Source: Rhodospirillales bacterium (GTDB taxonomy: Bacteria > Pseudomonadota > Alphaproteobacteria > UBA828). From it: a DNA stretch of 54,136 nt. Below, one piece after another: positions 16,949 to 25,851 of the stretch. How positions within the stretch are numbered: the first letter of the stretch is position 1; each line of letters opens with the position of its first letter. The notes beneath the pieces were generated by a model that made no database searches, was not told the DNA's origin, and saw only the letters and a program-made list of their open reading frames with translations. The position numbers and the translations under genes were made by a program. The stretch is taken from NCBI GenBank assembly GCA_028820995.1, contig JAPPHR010000013.1, forward strand, positions 1 to 54,136, written 5' to 3'.

Positions 16949-18351
16949 CGGGGCGCTTCGAGCCCGAGTTCGCGCCAGATCCAGGCCGTGTCGTAGGGCT
17001 TCTCACCCTGTTGCGCGGCGCGGTGGTGCTCCGTGTTCTCCATCTGCTTGAGCCAGTCGATTGCCTGTGCGCGGCCCTCCGGCGTCGCCGCGGCCTGCCG
17101 CGGGGTCTTGCCGTCCAGTATGGGGAGCGGCTCGTCCAGGGTGCGGCGGAAATGCTCGTCGAAGTAGGCATGGATGATCCGCGCCGCCTCCTCGGGCGGA
17201 ATTCCGAGTTCGTCGTCCGGCTGCTCCGCGTGCTCCGCCATCGCCTGTTCCGGATCCCGATGGGAGATCAGCGGGCTCCCCACGAGATCGCCCAGACGGG
17301 ACGCCAGAAGGTCCCGCCCCCGCTCGGCCCGTTTCTGCGAATTGACGGTGAGAACCAGCGCACCGCTCTGCAACGCTGCGTCACCGAGCGACGTCATGCG
17401 GATGGTGTCCTCTGCTTCGGCCGCCGGAGGGTCTCCGCCATCCCCATCCATCCGGTGGAACGGCGAGCCCGGTGCCAGCCAGGCCCAGTGCGCCTCGTCG
17501 CCCTCCACCCTCTCGAACGCCTCGATCCCGTCGAGCACCGCGGCCAGCCTCGCCTCGTCTCCCGCGATCGGGAAGCGCACCTCGCAGAAGACGATCGCCT
17601 CGTCGTCACTGTTGCGAAACTCCGGCGGGGGAGCCTGCATCCGCATGACCGTGTCGACCGTCCAGTGTTCCGAGAATATCGGTGCGCACGGCAGACCCCG
17701 AACGATATATCGCCGCACCGTTTCCAGCTCCAGCGGCAGATCCTCCGAGCCCTCTTCGGCCTCCTCACGCAACTTCTCGATCATCCGATTCGCCAACTCG
17801 TCGAACGCCGACAGGAGCTCCTGCGACGCTTCGTGGCGAAACCGCAGAATGCCGCCCGTGAAGACCTCTTTTCCGTTCACGGTGACGATGCGCGCCGCTA
17901 CGCGGTCCCAGCGCGCCAGTGACTTCGAGCCGAGCTTCTCGTTTACCGTCACCGCCTCCCCGCCCAGGATCAGGTCGCGCACCGTCACGCTCCGGCCCGG
18001 ATCGATGTCGACGATCTCGTAGAGAGACACATGGGAATCCCTCAGCGCCTCCAGGTAGCGCCTGGCGGAGACGGTCTCGCGCCATCCGCGCCGCTTGAGA
18101 TAGTCGTCGATCAGGTTCAGCTCGTCCTCTTCGCCGAAGCGGGCGGCAAAGAAATCCTCGGTGATGAAGAAGTGCAGCATGACAGCGCTGTCGCCGAGAA
18201 GGGCGGCGATCTCATCCCCGGACATGTCCACGATGTCGGCGACGGGTTCGATGTGGGTCGCGTAGATCTCCGCGTGCGGTTCTTCCCATTCCTCCCTTGC
18301 CGCCCACTTGACGAGGTTCTCTTTCGCCTTGTCGACGCCGGGAATACGCAT
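16945..18351 (-). CDS. Hypothetical protein (468 aa); no domain recognised with confidence
   Basis: ORF trimmed to ATG 18351 (MRIPGVDKAKENLVKW...). It is acidic and has coding-like composition. The C-terminal LPILDGKTPRQAAATPEGRAQAIDWLKQMEN loosely resembles the LGGxTPxxxxxTxxGxxxVxxxL motif of Xre/MbcA/ParS-type (DUF2384-like) domains. Confidence 0.7.
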   Translation of the reverse strand: MRIPGVDKAKENLVKWAAREEWEEPHAEIYATHIEPVADIVDMSGDEIAALLGDSAVMLHFFITEDFFAARFGEEDELNLIDDYLKRRGWRETVSARRYLEALRDSHVSLYEIVDIDPGRSVTVRDLILGGEAVTVNEKLGSKSLARWDRVAARIVTVNGKEVFTGGILRFRHEASQELLSAFDELANRMIEKLREEAEEGSEDLPLELETVRRYIVRGLPCAPIFSEHWTVDTVMRMQAPPPEFRNSDDEAIVFCEVRFPIAGDEARLAAVLDGIEAFERVEGDEAHWAWLAPGSPFHRMDGDGGDPPAAEAEDTIRMTSLGDAALQSGALVLTVNSQKRAERGRDLLASRLGDLVGSPLISHRDPEQAMAEHAEQPDDELGIPPEEAARIIHAYFDEHFRRTLDEPLPILDGKTPRQAAATPEGRAQAIDWLKQMENTEHHRAAQQGEKPYDTAWIWRELGLEAPR

Positions 18352-18453
18352 GGAACGATCGCCTGCAGGGTCCGTTGCCGCTACGTCCCAAGGTAGTCGC
18401 GATGACCCGGCGCCACAACGCGGGGGCACGCGCGCTGCCGCCGCCCGCGCCGG

Positions 18454-19419
18454 CTACTGATCGGCGCCGGGGCGGGGGCCCACCGGGGTGGGCGTGGCGT
18501 CGCTGATGAACGGGCGCTCCGCTCGGGATGCGATGGCGGGCTCGGACTCGCTGCCCTCCTCCACCCTGACCCGGACATCGAGCCGGGACTCCCCGCCGCC
18601 GAAAACCGCACCCCTGGTCGGCGCGGCATCGGCGTAGTCACGACCCAAGGCGACGCGCACGTGGCGGTGGTCGGCGAGGGTGTCGTTGGTGGGGTCGATG
18701 CCGAGCCAGCCGAGATCGGGGAGGAGGAACTCCGCCCAGGCGTGGCTGGCTCCCTCGGGTGTCTGCTCGCCGGGCGCGCCTTCGCGATGGATGTAGCCAG
18801 ACACGTAGCGGCTCGGGATGCCCCACGAACGCGCAATGGCGATCATCACGTGGGTGTAGTCCTGGCAGACCCCGCTGCCGGTTTCCAGGATGCGCTCGAT
18901 CGGCGAATCGACCGCCGTGCTGCCCGGCTCGTAGCGGAAGGCGTCGTGCAGCGCGCGGCCCAGCTCCAGAAGGGAGGAGAGAGGATCGTCGCCGCGCCGC
19001 AGTCCCTTGGCCTCGGTGAAGTCTGCGAGCGCCGGGCTCGGCCGCGCGAAGCGGCTGGGCGCCAGAAACTCCCAATGGCGGAGAGGAAGCACGGCCTCGG
19101 CCAGCGCGCCCCAGGCGTCTTTCTCCATGCGGTCCGGCAAGTCCGGCGCGGGCGCGGTCTCGACGTCTGCCTGCGAGCGCACGGCGGTATGCTCGTGCGC
19201 GCGATGGATGTTGAACAGATGGCAGGCGTTGCCGAAGCAGTCTTCGAAGGAAATCGGGGCTGCGGCGGGATCGATCTGGAGCGTGAAGGCGGCGACCTGC
19301 TGCCCGCCGTCCTCGCGCGGGTGGAGGCGCAGCACCATCAGGCTGCCCTGCGCCGGCTCCTGGTAGCGAAAGTCCGACAGGTGCTCGACCAGGAACCGCC
19401 GCGGCGTGTCTCCGCTCAC
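18454..19419 (-). CDS. Transglutaminase-family protein (Bact_transglu_N plus transglutaminase core)
   Basis: 321 aa. SGVCQDYTHVMIAIARSWGIPSRYVSGY (catalytic Cys), ASHAWAEF (His), GIDPTN (Asp). The GTG start overlaps the upstream stop (GTGA). Confidence 0.9.
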   Translation of the reverse strand: MSGDTPRRFLVEHLSDFRYQEPAQGSLMVLRLHPREDGGQQVAAFTLQIDPAAAPISFEDCFGNACHLFNIHRAHEHTAVRSQADVETAPAPDLPDRMEKDAWGALAEAVLPLRHWEFLAPSRFARPSPALADFTEAKGLRRGDDPLSSLLELGRALHDAFRYEPGSTAVDSPIERILETGSGVCQDYTHVMIAIARSWGIPSRYVSGYIHREGAPGEQTPEGASHAWAEFLLPDLGWLGIDPTNDTLADHRHVRVALGRDYADAAPTRGAVFGGGESRLDVRVRVEEGSESEPAIASRAERPFISDATPTPVGPRPGADQ

Positions 19420-20390
19420 GGCGCGTCCTCGATCTCGTAGTTGAAGTAGGCGGCCGCGATGTCATCGTGCAGCTGGCGGCAGGAGGCGCCCAAATCCTGG
19501 AGCGCCGATCGTGTGGCGTCGTCGTCCTCGGGATCGCGATCCGGCCAGTCGAGGTCGATGCTGGCGACCATCCGACCGGCGCGGCGCTCCGCCTCGATCC
19601 GGAGCGGGGGGCCGGCGGCGACGGCGTCGAGCGCCTCCACGATGCGCCCCAGCGCGTGTCGGATCGAGTGCGACAGCGAGGGGTCGGCGACCAGGAAGTC
19701 GACCATGCTGGTCGGGCGAAGCCCTTGGGAGTAGAGGCGGCGGTACGCGAAATGCGCCTCGCAGATCCAGAGCAGGGAGAGCCAGTCCGCGTCGTCGTCC
19801 GGGGCGGCCGTTGGAAACAGCGCGATGTGTGCGTCCATCAGGGCGGCAACGGATTGCAGCCGTTCGACAAAGCGCCCGAGCTGGAGGAAGTGCCAGCCGT
19901 CGTCACGGTAGATCGTGCCTTCGGCGACGCCCGAGACCGTGCGGATGGCGCCCATGGTTCGGTCGTAGAAGGTGCCTGGCCGGTCGTTCCAGATGGTCTC
20001 CATCTCGACATCGCGCAGATCGATGTATGCGAGGTTGAGGGAGGACCACATCTTGTCGGGGATGACGTTCCGGACCTGCCGGGCGCTCTCGCGCGCCGCC
20101 GCAACACAGTTGCGGATCGCGTTGGGGTTGGTCGGCTCGAAGGTCAGATCGTCGGCCAACGTGTAGGCGTCGGCCAGCATGAAGTCTTCGTCGTCGGGGG
20201 GCGGATCCAGATGACCGCCCAGCGGCGTGCGGCCGGCGGCCCTGAAGAGGCGCCGCCAGCTCTGGTCGATCTGCTCGATCGGCCGATCCTCGATGATGAT
20301 GAACTGCTCCGCCAGCAGGTGGCAGCCGTGCTGGGCGCGCTCGAGGTAGCGGCCCATCCAGTAGAGGCCCTGGGCGTTGCGGGACAGCAT
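19416..20390 (-). CDS. Alpha-E domain protein (DUF403 type)
   Basis: MLSRNAQGLYWMGRYLERAQH is the hallmark alpha-E N-terminus. 324 aa, placed between the CP ATP-grasp and transglutaminase genes. Confidence 0.9.
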   Translation of the reverse strand: MLSRNAQGLYWMGRYLERAQHGCHLLAEQFIIIEDRPIEQIDQSWRRLFRAAGRTPLGGHLDPPPDDEDFMLADAYTLADDLTFEPTNPNAIRNCVAAARESARQVRNVIPDKMWSSLNLAYIDLRDVEMETIWNDRPGTFYDRTMGAIRTVSGVAEGTIYRDDGWHFLQLGRFVERLQSVAALMDAHIALFPTAAPDDDADWLSLLWICEAHFAYRRLYSQGLRPTSMVDFLVADPSLSHSIRHALGRIVEALDAVAAGPPLRIEAERRAGRMVASIDLDWPDRDPEDDDATRSALQDLGASCRQLHDDIAAAYFNYEIEDAP

Positions 20391-20394
20391 GCGG

Positions 20395-21894
20395 CTAGTC
20401 GGAGAGCACCCAGAGGTCCTTGCCGCCGCCGCCCTGGCTCGAATTGACGACGAGCGAGCCCTCCACCAGGGCGACTCGGCAGAAGGCGCCGGGGACGAGG
20501 CGGGTCTCGTTGCCGCGCAGCACGAAGGGTCTGAGGTCTACATGGCGCGGGCCTGCGCCGGACGGCGTGAGACAGGGCGAAACCGAAAGGTCGAGCACGG
20601 GCTGGGAGACGTAGTTGTCCGGGTTCCTCCGCAGCTCCTCGGCATAGGCCGCGCGCTCTTCGGGAGTGGCGTGGGGGCCGACGAGCATTCCGTATCCGCC
20701 CGATTCGCCGACCATCTTGACCACGAGCTTTTCCAGGTTGTCGAGCGTGTACTCCAGCCCCTCCGGATCGCGGCAGAGACGGGTATCGACATTGGAGAGC
20801 AGCGGCTCCTCGCTCAGATAGTAGCGGATCATGTCGGGCACGTAGACGTAGACGCTCTTGTCGTCGGCGACGCCGGTGCCGGGCGCGTTGGCGATGGTCA
20901 CGTTTCCGAGCCGATAGGCGTAGAAGAGTCCCGGGGTGCCGAGCTGCGAATCGGGACGGAACGCCAGCGGATCGATGAAGTCGTCGTCGATGCGGCGGTA
21001 GATCACGTCCACCTTCTTGAGCCCTGCGGTTGTGCGCATGTAGACGAAGCCGTTGTGGACCAGCAGGTCGCTGCCCTGCACCAGCTCCACGCCCATCTCC
21101 TGAGCAAGGAACATGTGCTCGTAGAAGGCGGAATTGTAGACGCCGGGCGTCAGCAGGACGATGCAGGGATCGGAGACTCCCGGCGGCGCAAGCTCGGTCA
21201 ACGTCTGGCGCAGCAGCCGGCCGTAGTGATCGATGCCGCGCACGTGGTGGCGGCGGAAGAGGTTGCGCAGGCTCGTCTTCAGCGCCCGCCGGTTGGCGAG
21301 CATGTACGAGACCCCGGAGGGCACCCGCAGATTGTCTTCCAGCACCATGAAGCCGTCGTTGGTGCGCACGATGTCGGTGCCGCAGAGCGCGACGTAGACG
21401 CCGTGGGGCACGTCCACGCCCCGCATCTCGACCCGGTATTGCGGGCAGCCGCGCACCAGATCCACGGGCACGACTCCGTCTTCGAGGATCCGCCCTGGTC
21501 CGTAGACGTCGGCCAGGAAGCGGTTGAGCGCCTCCAGCCGCTGTCGCAGGCCCCGCTCGACCAGGTCCCAGTCGGCGGCGTCGACGAGCCTCGGCAGGAA
21601 GTCGATGGGGATGATCCGCTCCTGCGCGCCCTCTTCGCCGTACACCGCGAAGGTGATCCCCTGATGCAGGAAGGAGCGCTCGGCATATTCCTGCATGGCG
21701 GCGATTTCGGCGGGGCGCATCGCGTCGAGCGCCTGGCAGAGCTCCCGGCAGTGGGCGCGCGGCACGCCGGTGGCCTCGAACATCTCGTCGTAGAAGGCCG
21801 GGCGAGTCTCGTACGCGGCAAAGAGGCGCTGCGCCGCGTTTGCGGGGCCGTCGCCGTCGGCTTCCGATTGCTTGCCGCGCGATTCGCGACTCAT
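20395..21894 (-). CDS. Circularly permuted ATP-grasp (type 2) protein
   Basis: 499 aa. The sequence pattern (GITFAVYG...ERIIPIDFLPR..., ...NAPGTGVADDKSVYVYVPDMIRYYL...) is typical of the DUF404/DUF407 CP_ATPgrasp family. It is the first gene of the triad. Confidence 0.9.
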   Translation of the reverse strand: MSRESRGKQSEADGDGPANAAQRLFAAYETRPAFYDEMFEATGVPRAHCRELCQALDAMRPAEIAAMQEYAERSFLHQGITFAVYGEEGAQERIIPIDFLPRLVDAADWDLVERGLRQRLEALNRFLADVYGPGRILEDGVVPVDLVRGCPQYRVEMRGVDVPHGVYVALCGTDIVRTNDGFMVLEDNLRVPSGVSYMLANRRALKTSLRNLFRRHHVRGIDHYGRLLRQTLTELAPPGVSDPCIVLLTPGVYNSAFYEHMFLAQEMGVELVQGSDLLVHNGFVYMRTTAGLKKVDVIYRRIDDDFIDPLAFRPDSQLGTPGLFYAYRLGNVTIANAPGTGVADDKSVYVYVPDMIRYYLSEEPLLSNVDTRLCRDPEGLEYTLDNLEKLVVKMVGESGGYGMLVGPHATPEERAAYAEELRRNPDNYVSQPVLDLSVSPCLTPSGAGPRHVDLRPFVLRGNETRLVPGAFCRVALVEGSLVVNSSQGGGGKDLWVLSD

Positions 21895-22009
21895 AAGTCA
21901 CGCTCGCAATCTGTCAGACTCCATCCGATTGTTGTTTGGAAGCGAGGCGATTCGCAAGCGCGGCGGTGCTGCGGAGAGCGCAGTCCGTGACCCCGGTGAG
22001 ATAGGCGGG

Positions 22010-22612
22010 CTAGTGCAGCGTCGGCGGTCGCGCGTCCTCCATCGGCGCTGCCTGATGGTGGCCTGCGTTGGCAGCAAGCTGGAGGCGCTGAGGCAGGAGG
22101 TATCCCGCAGCCATCAACGCAGCGGCGAACGCGGCGCCGTGCGTTGCGGCAGTCCGCATCGCGGCCGGCGGCAAGAACCAAGAGAGGAGGGTGGCCGCGT
22201 GCCGGTGGTCTCCGTCCTGGCAGCTCGCAAGAAGGGACAGGACGAGCCGCTCGTCGTTGCTAACGAAGCGGCAGCACATCGGATTCATCTGCAGCCCGCG
22301 AACGCCTGCGAAGCCGAAAACATCCAGGGTGCGCGCCAGCGCCTCCGCCGCCTCGAGACCGGCCCCGGGACCGCCGGTGGAGCAGAGCGCAACGCCGAGT
22401 TCGCCGGCGACGCGGGTGCGGACGTCTTCCCGGCAGGCAAAGGCTTCGCTCTCGGTCGCTGCCGCGCCGTAGTCGGCGGTGGCGAGCCTGCGCGCCGACC
22501 AGAGCACGAGCTGCTCGGCGAACGTGAGCCGCGGAATCGTCATCCCCGGCCCCGTCCGCGGGGGCTGCGCCTCCGGTGCTCGATCTTCCTGCCGCGCGGC
22601 GCCGCGGCTCAT
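22010..22612 (-). CDS. Hypothetical protein (about 200 aa; start uncertain, alternative ATG at 22543)
   Basis: Only this frame has protein-like composition (LTFAEQLVLWSARRL..., ...MCCRFVSNDERLVLSLLASCQDGDHRHAATLLSWFLPP...). The opposing + ORF is Arg/Gly-rich junk. No family recognised. Confidence 0.5.
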   Translation of the reverse strand: MSRGAARQEDRAPEAQPPRTGPGMTIPRLTFAEQLVLWSARRLATADYGAAATESEAFACREDVRTRVAGELGVALCSTGGPGAGLEAAEALARTLDVFGFAGVRGLQMNPMCCRFVSNDERLVLSLLASCQDGDHRHAATLLSWFLPPAAMRTAATHGAAFAAALMAAGYLLPQRLQLAANAGHHQAAPMEDARPPTLH

Positions 22613-22657
22613 CTCACCCTTCATCCCTGTCCTCGCACATTCGGATGCCGGCCTCAT

Positions 22658-22674
22658 ATGCGAATAACTCGCAT
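22658..22674. promoter_or_regulatory. 17-bp palindrome ATGCGA-N5-TCGCAT in a divergent intergenic region (candidate operator)
   Basis: Perfect 6-nt arms at 22658-22663 and 22669-22674. It lies in the AT-richer gap between the hypothetical gene (minus) and the LLM oxidoreductase gene (plus). Confidence 0.2.
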
Positions 22675-22866
22675 TTCGATCATCATAGAGGATTCCGACG
22701 CTAATGCAAATCATTCTTATTTCAGGTCGGGAATCCGATGGGCAAATCTTGTTTGCGGGCGTTGCGCCCCAGCACCGCGCGGTCGACGATCATGGTGAAT
22801 TTTCCGGACCAGTCGGTTATCCATCGACAAACGAATTCCCGCGATCCTTTAGGAAGGCCAGAAGCC

Positions 22867-23904
22867 ATGAAGTTTCAACTCGCCATTAACATGGAGCGGC
22901 TGGCGCCGGACCTGGACATGCGCGAGGTCGAGCGCCACACGCTGGAGATGGTGCAGATGGCCGACGCGGGCGGCTTCGCCATCGCCTGGGCCGCCGAGCA
23001 CCATGCGCTGGAGATGACCATCGCGCCCAATCCGTTCCAGATCCTGACCTGGTGGGCCGCCCACACGTCCCGTATCCGGCTCGGCTCGGCGGTGGTGGTG
23101 GCGGCGTACTGGCATCCCATCAAGGCGGCGGGCGAGGCCGCGCTGCTGGACCTCTACAGCGGCGGGCGGCTCGAGTTCGGCATCGGCTCCGGCGCATACC
23201 AGCGCGAGTTCGACCGCATGCACCCCGGCCTGCAGCGCAACGATGCGTTCCACTACATGTTCGAGATGCTGCCCGTGGTGAAGGCGCTCTGGCAGGGTGA
23301 CTACGCGCACCAGGGCGAGTTCTGGTCCTTCCCCGCCGCGACCTCGGTGCCGAAGCCGCTGCAGAAGCCTCATCCGCCGATCTGGATCGCCGCGCGCTCG
23401 CCGGACACCTACGACTTCGCGGTGAAGCACGAGTGCAACATCCTCTCCTGGCCGCTCACCCGCCCGATGTCGGAGGTCGAGGCCTACAAGGGGCGGTTGG
23501 AAAGCGCTTTGGCCGACAACCCCGGCAAACCGCGGCCGATCTTCGCCACCATGCGCCACACGGTGGTGTACGGCCGCAAGGAGGACTGGGAGGTGCCGGT
23601 GAGGGCCGCGATGCGCCAGTTCGGCCAGTTCGAGAACCTGTTCAAGAACCTCGGCGACGTCGCCAACGGCTTCCCCCGGACGATCCCTCTCACGGAGCTT
23701 GAGAACCGGGGCGAGTACGACCCGCGCATGCTCCATGACAACCTGATGTTCGGCACGCCGGACGAGGTGGTCGAGAAGCTCAGGGCCTACGAGGCGCTCG
23801 GCGTCGACCAGTTCACCTACTACGCCAGCCTCGGCCTCGGGATGAAAGAGCAGAAGCGCTCGCTCAGACTGTTCATCGACGAGGTCATGCCGGCGTTCGA
23901 GTGA
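22867..23904 (+). CDS. LLM-class (luciferase-like) flavin-dependent oxidoreductase
   Basis: ORF trimmed to ATG 22867 after AGGAAGG. MKFQLAINMER...AEHH...TSRIRLGSAVVV...HPIKAAGEAALLDLYSGGRLEFGIGSG is the LLM signature. Confidence 0.85.
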   Translation: MKFQLAINMERLAPDLDMREVERHTLEMVQMADAGGFAIAWAAEHHALEMTIAPNPFQILTWWAAHTSRIRLGSAVVVAAYWHPIKAAGEAALLDLYSGGRLEFGIGSGAYQREFDRMHPGLQRNDAFHYMFEMLPVVKALWQGDYAHQGEFWSFPAATSVPKPLQKPHPPIWIAARSPDTYDFAVKHECNILSWPLTRPMSEVEAYKGRLESALADNPGKPRPIFATMRHTVVYGRKEDWEVPVRAAMRQFGQFENLFKNLGDVANGFPRTIPLTELENRGEYDPRMLHDNLMFGTPDEVVEKLRAYEALGVDQFTYYASLGLGMKEQKRSLRLFIDEVMPAFE

Positions 23905-23941
23905 GGCCGCATGCGACCTCAGCGTCAGGCATTGGCCGCGA

Positions 23942-24730
23942 ATGAGCGCCGGTAGCGCAGGCGAGACGGCCTGGGAGGTCCATGGAAGCGGCCCGCCGGT
24001 CGTGCTGATCCACGGCTTCGGCCTGAACCGTGCCATGTGGCAGTGGCAGCTGCCTGCGCTCACGCCGCATTTCGGCGTGCTGACCTACGATCTGCTGGGC
24101 CACGGCGAGAGCGCGCCGCCGACCGGCACGCCCGGCCTCGCCATGTTCGCCGCGCAGTTGCTCGAGCTCATGGACCGCTGCGGCATCGAGCGCGCGGCGG
24201 TCGTGGGGTTCTCCCTCGGCGGCATGATCGCGCGCCGTGTCGCGTTGGATCGTCCGGATCGGCTCTCGGCACTGGCGATCCTGAACTCGCCGCATGACCG
24301 CAGCCCCGCCGAGCGCGACGCGGTGTGCGCGCGCGTGCGCCAGACCGAGGCAGACGGGCCGTCGGCGAACCTGGAGCCCGCACTCGAACGCTGGTTCACG
24401 CCCGCGTTCCGCGCCGAGACTCCGGATACCATCGCCCTCGTCCGCAACTGGATCATGAGCAACGATCCGGCCGTCTATCCCCAGATTTACCGGGTGCTCG
24501 CCGAGGGCGACGCCGAGATTGTCCGGGGTCTGGAGCGAATCCCGTGCCCCACCCTGGTCATGACCGGCGCGGACGACCCCGGCAACACGCCCGCCATGGC
24601 GCGGGCCATGGCCGGCCTCATCCCCGGCGCCCGTCTCGCGATCCTGCCCGGCCTCAGGCACATGGCGCTGGCCGAGGCGCCGAGGGCGGTGGGCGAGCCG
24701 CTCTCGGCGTTCCTCCGCGACGCGCTCTAG
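23942..24730 (+). CDS. Alpha/beta-fold hydrolase (3-oxoadipate enol-lactonase-like)
   Basis: PPVVLIHGFGLN, nucleophile elbow GFSLGG, and a C-terminal LPGLRHMA His region. Confidence 0.85.
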   Translation: MSAGSAGETAWEVHGSGPPVVLIHGFGLNRAMWQWQLPALTPHFGVLTYDLLGHGESAPPTGTPGLAMFAAQLLELMDRCGIERAAVVGFSLGGMIARRVALDRPDRLSALAILNSPHDRSPAERDAVCARVRQTEADGPSANLEPALERWFTPAFRAETPDTIALVRNWIMSNDPAVYPQIYRVLAEGDAEIVRGLERIPCPTLVMTGADDPGNTPAMARAMAGLIPGARLAILPGLRHMALAEAPRAVGEPLSAFLRDAL

Positions 24731-25599
24731 CCGAACGCGGCCAGGACGCCGACGCCGCCCACAACCAGCCCGACGCCACCCCATTGCAGCGCCGAGACCG
24801 GCTCGCGCAGGAAGGCGCGCGCCAGCACCACCGTCACCACCGTGTAGCCCACGCTGGCGACGATCGCGTACTCCCCGTGGGGGAGCCCGAGGCCGATGTA
24901 GAGCTGCAGGTGGCCGAGCGTGTCCATGACTCCGAAGGCCGCCAGGATCGGCCACGCCCGCACGGGAAGCCGCACCGGCGCGCGGCGCGCGAGCAATATG
25001 GCGAAGATCGTCACGACGCCGATGAGCCGGACCACCAGCACGGTCTGCCAGGGGCCGTAGATTTCTACGGCCTGGTCGGCTGCGGTGAGCGAGGCGGCAA
25101 AGGTCGCCGCTGCCACGAGGGAGAAGAGGATCGTTCGCCGGATCACCCGGGGCGCGTATTCCGGTGCCGACGTGTCGCTCCTGGTCGTCGTGCGCGCCAC
25201 CAGCCAGACCCCGGCCATGGTGGCGACCATCGCGCCCCAATGGAGCGGATCGGGGCGGGCCCCGAGGGCGACCGAGATCGGCACCGCGATCGCCGGGTAG
25301 CAGGCCACCACCGGCGAGGCCAGCGACACCGGGCCGTGGGTCACGGCGTGATAGAACAGGATCGAGCCGATCACGGTGCCGGCGCCGATGCCGAAGAGCC
25401 AGTGGATACCGTCGAGCCGCCAGTCGAAGGGCTCGCCCGATGCCGCCATCACGATCGCGACCAGCGCGGCGCCCACCGTCATCATGGTGCAGGTCGCCAC
25501 GAGGACACCCACCGAGCGGCCGGCGAACCGCGCGATGACATCCGAGATGCCCCAGGCCAGCGCGCAGCCCGCGCCCCAGGCGGCCGCGCTTTCTAGCAT
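24727..25599 (-). CDS. DMT-superfamily (EamA-like) transporter
   Basis: 290-aa polytopic ORF with duplicated 5-TM architecture. Its 3' end converges on, and overlaps by 4 nt, the hydrolase gene. Confidence 0.85.
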   Translation of the reverse strand: MLESAAAWGAGCALAWGISDVIARFAGRSVGVLVATCTMMTVGAALVAIVMAASGEPFDWRLDGIHWLFGIGAGTVIGSILFYHAVTHGPVSLASPVVACYPAIAVPISVALGARPDPLHWGAMVATMAGVWLVARTTTRSDTSAPEYAPRVIRRTILFSLVAAATFAASLTAADQAVEIYGPWQTVLVVRLIGVVTIFAILLARRAPVRLPVRAWPILAAFGVMDTLGHLQLYIGLGLPHGEYAIVASVGYTVVTVVLARAFLREPVSALQWGGVGLVVGGVGVLAAFG

Positions 25600-25851
25600 C
25601 GGGGCGCCGTCACGGCGTCATGCGATCATGCAGGAGCGGCCGGGCGCGTGCGTTTCGGTGGCCGGACTATTGAAGGCGATGCGGGGTGCATCCATGACGG
25701 CGCGGATTATGGGCGGCGGGGCTGGCGCCGTCGAGGTGCGCCCGGCGCCTCCACGCCATATTTCCGTCGCAATCACCTGAGACGATTGCTTCGACAGCCG
25801 GGGTGAATGACGATGCGGCTTCTTCGCCTAAGACGATGGCTCGGAGGCCGT

